Shown here: positions 37,705 through 47,123 of the stretch, in pieces | How the letters are laid out: each line of letters starts with the position of its first letter | Position numbering within the stretch: position 1 is the first letter of the stretch | Assembly (NCBI GenBank): GCA_032718475.1 | Contig: JAUCBJ010005841.1 | Span: 1-47,123, forward strand | DNA: 47,123 nt | Reading direction: 5' to 3' | Source of the DNA: Nemertoderma westbladi | Lineage: Eukaryota > Animalia > Xenacoelomorpha | Position numbers and translations under genes: made by a program | The notes under the pieces: generated by a model | What the model saw: only the letters and a program-made list of their open reading frames with translations | What the model was told of the DNA's origin: nothing | Database searches by the model: none

Positions 37705-39267
37705 CTGAGATGCAAAAAACATGCAGCATATAAACACAAAAAAACACTTTATTTTATACCAATTATATACTTGATATATTATAACACCCAACTTAAATGT
37801 GATGTATTTTTCTTTACCATGAATTATACTTTTTCTGATATTAAATTTTAGTTAAGATATGCAGGCTCAGGATAAAGAAGGATCTGCTTACAGACTGCTT
37901 AAACGAACCAAACCAACAAACCAAGAGTTAGGAATTTAGGTTCAGATTTTCAGTTCAGAGGAAATTTAAAAAGGCATAAGGATAGTTAGGTTCAGAGAAA
38001 GTTTAATTTCGGGTCCGAAAATTTTATTTCAAGCTAAATCTATCTCATATCTTCTTGAATAATTCCGATTGTATTTTTTACACTCATTTTATATCTTTAG
38101 ACTATATTATTTATTATAAAATGTCTGCGTAATTAGAGTACGCGAGTGTGTATGGGTATGGGCCATCCATACCGTAATAACTTCCAACGACCAATATCAA
38201 CGAACGAACGCACGAATTCTTGAAATAAAACAACGTTTTAAAACAATAATTTACATACGGTATATGGATGGATGGGACAGGACAACGAGCACAGCACAAA
38301 GAATAAATAGATACAAATTACGATAAAATAAATTATTACAGCAACAAAGGTTGCATCGTGTGAATAACGAAGCATCTTAAATTGTTGAGTAGAAAAATTT
38401 TACTTTTTATAACAAAAATAAAAATATGGCTCTAACAATTTAAGCAATCATGAATCATTCTTCCAAGAATTAGTATGCTGTATCCGAATGGTGGCGGGTA
38501 CATCACATTCTGGAATAAACCAATCCAATAAATAACGCACCCAAAAATAAATGAAACAAATATCATAGCACCCCAAAATACAACATTATTTTGAAAAAAA
38601 AAAAAAAAATTACAATACACTACTATAACTTTTACCTCTACACAATACAAACAACCCAACGGAATAATATAATACGAGTGGAATAATTGAATATTTCGAG
38701 ACAGTGGGGGGGGGGGGGGGGGGGGGGTACAAGGGAAAAGAGCATGATACAGTGGCACGTTATTCTAACCAAAACAATAAACGAAAGTCAAGCTAGAACA
38801 TGTTTACAGTATTATTTTGGAGAGTAATCAGCTGATATTTGCTTCGACTTTCCCAATGTCCCCCCCCCACCCCCCCCCCCCCCCCCCCCCCCCCTGAATA
38901 TTTCAGTACTTAAGAATACTGCAATTAGAAAATACTGACAATTAGAGAATACTGACAATTATTTAAGAAAACAATCAATCCGTTATCGGGTAAGCAAATT
39001 ATAAAAGTATATCTAGAATGACAGTAAGGGGCAACCGTGAGTACTGTAGTTCCCCGCCGGTTGTTTACCGCAGTTCCGATACGGTGTGGCATTCAACTCA
39101 AGTGATATTGAAAGAATCATTCCTTGTACAATTGAACACCGCCACGCCAATTTTATTGTTAACGAAAACCAGCAAAATATAATGAGAAGAGTATTAAGTT
39201 CAATTCAGAACAATTTAATTTATTTTTGCAGTGAACCGCGGTTCCGATTATTTAGGAATACATTGCT

Positions 39268-39496
39268 CTATGGCATTGTGGTGAATTCCGTTCCGGCAGT
39301 TTGCTGACGTTTCCGAGAGCACGCCCGGACTGCTTCCGGGCAGTGTTTCCGAACCCAAGCGTAAAGCGTCATCGGGGGAATACGATATAACTTTGCGGCG
39401 GCGTTGGTAGAGAGTTTACACGTTGCCACGGCGTCAACGGCTTCGTATAAAGTCGCTTTGGAGTAAGGAGCAGTGGTGATCGAGGACTTTCTTTGC
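39268..39496 (-). CDS. Alternative terminal exon V1: Pipsqueak-type HTH
   Basis: Acceptor TTTTTTGCCTCTCAG|G, phase 2; PYSKATLYEAVDAVATCKLSTNAAAKLYRIPPMTLYAWVRKHCPEAV; own stop; AATAAA on the minus strand shortly downstream. Confidence 0.85.
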
Positions 39497-41612
39497 CTGA
39501 GAGGCAAAAAATGGGCAACTTAGGGGGCGTTTATAATATACAAGCAATTGGGCAACTTATGAGGGACTAATATTTTAGTAAAGTAATGTTTTAGATAAAA
39601 ATAAATTAACGTTATATCAGTCTTATTATATTTCAGCTATATTTAATATGAAACAAATTCAACATCTACCATAAACACACCAAATGTAAATAATATTACA
39701 CCAAGCGGTGTGTTACACAGAAGGAGGGAGGAATTGTGAAATTAACATGCTCCCTTGTATTAACAGCGAATTGTTATTTAGCACTTTACAACTTTAGAGG
39801 ACATTACAGCCCATACATTCATATTATTATGTTGTGTAATGTCCCAACAGAGCGACTTTACAGTGCATCCGTTCAATGAAAGTGATCCTGAAACCTGGGA
39901 TCGCCAAATTGGTATTTATACAGTAGTACACGCACAAGTACGCAGCAACTTCGATCCGGCTCAGTACCGGCTCAGTACCAACACTGCGGGTTGAACCACA
40001 GCGAGTCTTAGCGTAATAATTTCACCCCAGACTGTCTGAAAGGCACGAAATAAATTAAACAAATTGGTTTAGAACTGGAGTTTCCCGCCCCGATGGTTTT
40101 AATTCTTTTAATTTTTTTTACAAGTTACTTAGTTACAATTACAGATACAAAACTAACAATCTATATTAATATTAATTAGGCCTACCCTAACTTCATTGAA
40201 GACTACATTGCAGTCAGCATGTTACCCTTAGCTCAGGCTTACAGCATTACACCGCATGTCCTGGAGTATATAGTGTCGTAATTCAGTGACACTGAAAATT
40301 TGGGGGGGGGGGGGGGGGGGGGCTAAATTTTCTACAAATCGTAATGAGATTGCATGAAATTTGAAACAGAGATAGTTTCATCTCCCTCCTTCTTGCTGGA
40401 TGAGCCAGAACTTTTATTTTTGCTTTCATTCTTTAGCTACAAGCGTTTAAAAAAAGTGTCTCCATCAATATTGCGTCAGTCGCACTGCAGTTATTTTTCC
40501 AACCTTATAGAGATTTATTGGTACTAGTGGAAAGCTGACCGTGCAAGGATTCCAAATATGTAAAAATATTTGAATTTGGTTGGGAAATAGCTGAGATATG
40601 GGCATTGGAATTTTGCATGTATTTGCTTCCGCTGCGGGCCATTTATTCTATTTAATAAACAATATTCTGGTAGATTTTGTTAAACTAATAAGTAGCTTGG
40701 CAACAATGCAATGCCTGTGATAATAATACTAGTAATCTCATTAAGATTTGTAGATTAATTTGGGGGGGGGGGGGGGGGGGTTGGGGGGTGGCGTGTCACT
40801 GGATTACGACATTCCAGGATATGGTGTACAATTTCTCATCGAGGCCACCGACCAAAGCACAAAATCGTGCACTGGATGGTCCTCACGGCGAAAGCAATAT
40901 CCTGCAAAGCGGAGGCGGCTCCGCTCAAGTGTGAAAATAGCTCGCCCTCTAGCGGATAGATATATAAGAATTTCTATACCATTAAACTTCAGTCAGGACT
41001 CAGGAGTCATTAGTGCACCGTAACTTTAGGTGATGACAGCGCTGCTGTGCCCAACATTTTTCGTACCACATGCTTCACATGTTTCCGTGTTTACTGAAAG
41101 ACATTTCAGCTTATCTGTTTATAGTTTCTTTATTCTGATCACATGTATTCAGATATTATTATACATAAACATACTTCAGTTTTGTATTTACTTTATTCTG
41201 TTATTCTCTATAAGATGTGCGTTAGCGATCAATATTACTGTATTAACTCAGTCAATCACAGGCTAACACCGTACTTCCGGACTGTTGATTCCTATAGCGC
41301 GTGTGGTCGTCACATCAATCAAGTGCCAAGCTTAAGAGGTCGAAATGGGACACATCCAATGCCCGAAAAAGGCTGGATAGATGGAGACAATTTATTGATG
41401 AATTGACTTGTAACCAACTTACCATTTTATTGAAATATTCTGAATTGTAAACCAACTTATAATGCTAACACATATAACCAACGCATCCGTGCTGCTTATA
41501 GACTAACTTACCCATTAAATTGTTGTGCAATTGGTGACCAAACTGAGATGATATTGTAACACCTTGAACTTACCAATTTATAGTAACTATAAGTACCGGT
41601 AACGTAACTTAC

Positions 41613-41722
41613 CCTTTATTAGGTGTATCCTGACTTGTAGCGACTTGGGTTGTTGAAGATTGGTTTGTACTACTGCTGTAACTTCCTGCAGAACCAATTT
41701 GGGGGGCAATTCTTTGCAAACC
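41613..41722 (-). CDS. Constant coding exon 3 (Ser/Thr-rich linker) carrying the shared donor
   Basis: Acceptor TTATTTTCAG|, 110 nt, GLQRIAPQIGSAGSYSSSTNQSSTTQVATSQDTPNK, ends AAA GG|GTAAGT (phase 0 in, phase 2 out). Not in the ORF track. Confidence 0.7.
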
Positions 41723-42385
41723 CTGAAAATAATTGAATATTTCAACTGTTAGATAACCCTAATGTTTCAATACGGTAAGAATCAATACTCAAATTCAGAA
41801 AGGTTTAGGGGGACGCAGCAAACTTCGCCCGCGAGCAATCTTCGCCCTCAAAATGAGTGATAACAACCTCTTTTATTGTTTTGGTTAGAAAAAATCGTCT
41901 CTGTAACCTATCGTGTCTGTAACCTGCTCCTTCCCCCCAATCGGGCGAAAATTTCCCGCGGGCGAAGTTTGCACGTGCACCCAACCAGATTTAGACAATT
42001 CGAAACCCCAAAAATGTGCCCAACGGCGAATGTGAAAGACGAATTTTGAAAATTGAAAATTTCAGGTTATGCATTAACTGCTGAATATTGATAGTTTTCA
42101 TGTGGAGCGACAGACCTGATGTCGTCGACTTCTGTAGTTTCGAAGTTTGAGACGAAATACTAGGGTTACAAAATTTGGGGAACAGATTCGTAACTCCTGT
42201 ACAACATCGGGTCGTTTGTCGTATTTAATTCCGAGTTGTCCTCAATGTTGGTTAAATTCAGATCAAAGTCCTCGGAGGGTAATATTAATGAGTTATCGTT
42301 TAATGGTTGCGAGTCGAGATTCATAGGTTCTGTGACTGAGTTGGAACACTGGTTGTCGGTACTTATTCTCTTCTTTAACGAATAC

Positions 42386-42539
42386 CTCGGGATTACCGGA
42401 AGATGGAGCTGTCGTGGTAGGGGGGTTTAGGAATAGTTGGGGCGCCGTGGACTGGAATGTAGACGGATTGTACTGGGGGGCAGTTATCGGACGCCCTCTA
42501 CCGCCCCTCTGTAAAACTGTCGATCCTCTTCGTAAAAAC
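42386..42539 (-). CDS. Constant coding exon 2 (AT-hook-like RGRP motif)
   Basis: Acceptor ACTTTTTCTAG|G (phase 2), FLRRGSTVLQRGGRGRPITAPQY...GNPE, donor GAG|GTATTC (phase 0); 154 nt. Confidence 0.6.
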
Positions 42540-43041
42540 CTAGAAAAAGTATTAGTATATAAGAATGAGAAAGTAGACAATTAAATCAAATGATCTATTA
42601 AAATTATAGATTGCTTGTTTGTTTCAAAGCAAGCATTGCAACAATAAATACACAATGCAATGTTTGGTTAAAAAAAAAGGGGAAGGGGGGGGGGGGGGGG
42701 GGGGGGCTCAAAACCCATCTTGGCGAATTAATATCCCGCCTCAATGTTAAATTCTCAATTTAGGGAAATGAACAGGTTACAGTAGCACGTTATTCTAACC
42801 AAATGTTGTTCTAAACAGAACTCAATAGAACAAACAGTCTGTTTCATTTTTGGGAGTAATCACTAATCAGCTGTTATTTGTGTCGAATTTCCCTTCCCCC
42901 TGGAAAGGGATGAATTTATATTGCGCCAAAAGACCCCCCCCCCCCCTCCCCCAATCTGCTAACTGCAGCTTGCTACAAATACAAATACAAACCAATAGCA
43001 ACATGTGGGTGGACCAATCATATAACAGTACAACAACAAAC

Positions 43042-43520
43042 CTTGATCTACCGCCAATGAACGGGGAGGCTGTATTCCTGTGACGCAGACTGGAATACGG
43101 TTGTTTAGCGATGTAGGACGATGGGTGAGGGGGAGGGGCGCTTCTCGGCAATATGGGAGGATTGAATCGGTAGGGGGACGAGACGTAGGGGGAACTAGAA
43201 GCTACCGCAGTCGCACTCGGAGGGGGGATGGATGCGTGGGATGTGTTACCGGTACGTAATAAACTGAATGCTGGTTCGATGTTAGGGGTACGTGGCGTAC
43301 CGGTCTCGTTGCCTAGGAGCTTCTGTAACCAGGCTGTTATTTGTCCTGCTGTACAATTAGCAGTGACGAACTCGTCTAAAAAACCGGAATCATTCTTTAG
43401 GTAATCTATGAGAAAGGACCTCATAAATGTCCCATTCTCCAAACAAATGTTTATAAAAGTTGATTTTGATATTAGAAACGCTGACGTTAAATCAACGGGA
43501 AGAATAGGTCCCTGTACCAT
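43042..43520 (-). CDS. Constant coding exon 1 (start codon, ~70-aa helical domain, Pro/Ser-rich region)
   Basis: GCCACCATGG Kozak context at 43520; acceptor CTCCTGCTAG at 43531-43532 implies an upstream UTR exon (donor-like GTAAG near 43920 and 43980); donor AAG|GTTTGT (phase 2). Confidence 0.7.
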
Positions 43521-45985
43521 GGTGGCTGTTCTAGCAGGAGTTGAAATATTAATATAAGTTTATTATGGAATATTACAAAGTAAAAAATATACCAGGTTAC
43601 AAAAGCAAACAAATGTTTATTTGTTGTACTAACAAATAAATAATATGAAGTAATAATTATCAGCAGTAAACAGTATTAAGTAAATCGAAGTACAATTAAT
43701 ATAATTACCTCACGTGAAATTAAATTTATTTTTTTTGTCAGTTACCGGTAGACTATAAATAAATTTAGTCTATATTATATTCTTTGATATTTTAATTTGT
43801 ATAACATAAGAAACTACTTATAAAACTACAATCTTCGTTTATAAAAGTAGATTGTAGTTTAATAAAATTAAATGAAGAGCTTTTTCCGAATAATTAGGCA
43901 CTAATCCTGAAAACACTTACCGAGAGTAGAATTTGTCATACTTTTATAAAAAAGAGATTTCGTTTTAAAAATAGTCTTACCACTCTTGTTACCGGTAGTT
44001 TTATAGAATTTTATTCCAGTTTCAGTACATACCAGCATACTTCCGTATGTATTTTTTTACCACTAATTTCCATACTTGAGAGTTTTGTATATTTTTTTAT
44101 TATTATTTCTCTCCACATAATATAAATATTGAATCTGTTCCGAGGCAAACCAATATACTACCATATTACAACAGGCTGACAGGTAATTAATGTTCACTCA
44201 TATTTATTTTGATAGTGCAGGTAACGTACATTATATATATGTACATAAATATTTATTTTATTTACCGGTAGTATACAGTGTCATTCATTAGTAGTAAAGT
44301 ACTGCTACACTAGTACATAAATACCGGTACCAATGATGAACAAGAAATATTTAGTTGAGATATGAGACTGGAGTACTACATGCTCAACGGCCGTATATAT
44401 TATTCCCACCAATATTGGTTCTGGGAGCTGAGCTGAGTTACCACTGTTGTACTGAAGGGTAAACGTATGGCAGCACCAGATAGTACTGTATGTTAAGTCC
44501 ACTGGAGGGTTATTGGATGTCCGGTCCATCCATAGCTGGGTGGCATATACACTATATACAGTGTAGATTGGACGTACTGTGTGTGTTGTGTTATCCATTC
44601 CATTCACTTAACCTACTGTATCAGTGTAATAGTACTGCCTGGGTACAACAGTGCTCAGGCATACGTATCAGCCTTCCTATTGGCTGATCTGTTGGAGCAT
44701 AGCTGGAACGAAAGTGGCTTTATTACCATGAAGGTAATGGGGGCATTGCAAGGTACAGTACCTTCAACTCATATTGCTGGGTACCTACCTACCTACAATA
44801 TACCATTAAGTAATTGTATACCTACTGTTGTACTGGGCCAGGGCAATAAAGCATTTTACTTTGTATGAGTCACTATTGGGACTACTGAAATGCAGCCTGG
44901 CCAGCTTATTTATTACCTGTCCTATTACAATTATTATTTTTCTAAAAAGTTTGGAAATTTAAACATGAGGGGGGGGGGGGGGGGGGGGGTGGGAGAAACA
45001 TGACGCAAATCCCATCTCGGCGAATTAATATCTCCTGTCAATGTTAAATTATCAATTTAAGGAAAACGGATCAGTTTACGTACAGTTACAGTATGTTACA
45101 GTGGTAGTTATTCTAACCAAAAGCAAGTACCCCCCCCCCCCCCCCGCATCTGTTAGGTTGAGAATTTGTGAATAATTAAGAGGTTATAGCGCCAGCTATT
45201 TTCATTCCAGTGGGACTAAATTGGGATAAAAGCGGTATAATAACAGTCGTACAGTATGTATATATATATATAAATATATGTATATGGTAAACTTAAGTAT
45301 GACTTATGACAATGTAGGAATGCAAACATATGTATACCTGTACCAAATCATCACCAGGATGTGTTACACATACCTCCACGCTCCACCCACTGTTTATGTG
45401 GTGCTTGGTTTTGGTAATATATTGTTACCGATTTTGTACAATGGCGGAACCGAACTACAGTAACTGTATTATCTTTTAACCTATCTATGCGCGTGAAATG
45501 AAATATCTCCAGCATAGTGAAATTTTGGAAAAAAAAATTCTTACAAATGGTTACCTTGTTTCTACAGTATGTCAATCTATAGATGGTGTGGTCTTGTTGT
45601 GGTTGAGTATTATTAGTTCATATTTCTTATTCTAATCAAGGACTTCTAGAAAATAGTATTTATTCTACAAATAAATAAAATACATTGTTTTGGAAGTATT
45701 TGTTCTAATCTAAATCTAATATGATGCTATATAATATAATATGGCTAACCCTGTTGATAACGAAAAATATTAACCGGCGCTACAGTAGGTAGTACTGAAC
45801 TTAGCATGGATTATTAAGACTTTACTAGAACATTATATTTTTTAATTATGTTCTAGAATAGTGTAATATTTATATTTTGTTCTAGAACTCTAAAATGTTG
45901 CCATGGTAACAATGATTTATATTGTAAAAATGTAGCGCTATACGAAAATGTTGGCATTAGTGTGGCCTGGGTGCCCACTTTTTGT

Positions 45986-47123
45986 CCAAATTTTTTCATG
46001 TGAAAATGACTATTATCGTTAAGTTTTTTGTTCTAGAACAAAAATTTGACCTACTGGCAATAAGATGTGAGTATTTTTTTTGTATGGTAGCTAGTGTTTT
46101 TAGAGGTGTGTTTTTTCCAATTTTTTCATGTGAAAATGACTATTATCGTGAAGTTTTTTGTTCTAGAACAAAAATTTGACCTACTGACAATAAGATGTGA
46201 GTATACACCATAACCCTTAATACAACAACCATTTTTAGGGGGTCGGAGCCCCCCCCCCCCCCCTAATTTTTTTCAAATTTCAATAAAATGCTACGAAATT
46301 TGGTATGATGATAGATCGACACCTTTTCTTACTGGTGGCCTGGCCGGATTTTTTAATTTATGAGCTATTTCGATACAACAAGCCGTTAAAAATCGTCTAT
46401 TTCGCAATATTTAGCCACCTCCGTCAGCTTTATTTTTCGTCTTTGGAATGAAATCTAGATATCATTAGAACCGCCTTCATCTGCAGATTCTGAATCTGAA
46501 ACCCGTTGTAAATTTCACCAAGAACTTCCGGAGATATTATCAAAATACTAAGGTGTAAATTTTTGTGACGTAAATCGCTATAATTCTAATGTTTTTTTTA
46601 CTCAATTCTAGAATATTAATTATGGGTAATGAAAAAACAAGATGGAGAGTTTTAAACGCTCAGCTAAATAATAATTAATATTCTAGAATAAAGACAACAA
46701 AACATCAGAATTATAGCGATTTACGTCTCTAAATTTACACATTAGTATTTTGATAATATCTTTACCAATTTTTGGTTAAATTTAAAACGGTTTTCAGATT
46801 CGGAATCTACAGACGAAGGCGCTTCGAATGATATCTAGATTACATTTCAAAGACGTAAAATAAAGTCTACGGAGGTGGTTAAACATTGCTAAATAGACAT
46901 TTTTTAAGGGATTGTTGTATGGAAATAACTGAGAAATTGAAAAATCCGGCCAGGCCACCAGTAAGAAAAGGTGTCGATCTATCATCATACCGAATTTCGT
47001 AGCATTTTATTGAAATTTGAAAAAAATTAGGGGGGGGGGGGGGGGGCTCCGACCCCCTAAAAATGGTTGTTGTATTAAGGGTTATGGTGTATTTTTTATA
47101 TGGTAGCTAGTGTTTTTAGAAGT
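45986..47123 (+). repeat. ~131-bp tandem repeat whose second copy is interrupted by a MITE
   Basis: Copy 1 at 45986-46116; copy 2 at 46117-46203 resumes at 47092 (TTTTTTATATGGTAGCTAGTGTTTTTAGA). Confidence 0.85.
46204..47091. mobile_element. ~890-bp foldback MITE at a TA target (Tc1/mariner-like)
   Basis: Ends TACACCATAACCCTTAATACAACAACCATTTTTAGGGGGTCGGAGCCC...GGGCTCCGACCCCCTAAAAATGGTTGTTGTATTAAGGGTTATGGTGTA; arms reverse-complementary over about 400 bp; no ORF. Confidence 0.9.

Noticed and set aside
25078-39496. Psq HTH ORFs as remnants of pogo/Tigger transposases
   Set aside because: No CENP-B second HTH, DDE domain or TIRs follow; all share strand, acceptor and phase, and frames are intact.
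42867-43041. C-terminal part of the 217-aa ORF
   Set aside because: Lies past the AAG|GTTTGT donor and runs into a poly-G tract and MITE copy; treated as intron.
44305-44868. Overlapping short ORFs upstream of the Psq-cassette gene
   Set aside because: No domain, no in-phase splice sites found linking them to the gene.
45897-45910. RFX X-box-like palindrome GTTGCCATGGTAAC (similar at 11542-11555) and CTCF-like CGCCCTCTAGCGG near 40943
   Set aside because: Isolated short motifs with no supporting context; function cannot be supported from sequence alone.

Overview
AT-rich eukaryotic (invertebrate animal-like) genomic DNA with three parts. (1) 1-3339: right end of a Maverick/Polinton (adintovirus-like) element with a basic core-like ORF, major capsid protein, adenain-type protease and a palindromic terminus ending in ...CTACTACT. 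It appears inserted into the gag gene of a Bel/Pao LTR retrotransposon (3340 to about 14044), which has gag, a frameshifted pol with one premature stop, a degraded extra ORF region and a candidate 3' LTR. (2) An intronless minus-strand 'pathogen-related protein' gene (17630-18481). (3) The main signal: a minus-strand gene starting at a perfect Kozak ATG (43520), with three constant coding exons (~247 aa, no BTB domain recognised) ending in a phase-2 GTAAGT donor at 41613. A tandem array of six paralogous 3'-terminal exons follows; each has its own phase-2 acceptor, encodes a different Pipsqueak-type helix-turn-helix DNA-binding domain and ends in its own stop codon. A seventh CxxC-x8-CxxC exon is possible. 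This looks like a mod(mdg4)/lola-style 'one constant body, many interchangeable DNA-binding domains' system built from Psq HTH cassettes. The array is interleaved with two tandem-repeat arrays, MITEs and SINE relics. All splicing is inferred from sequence only.
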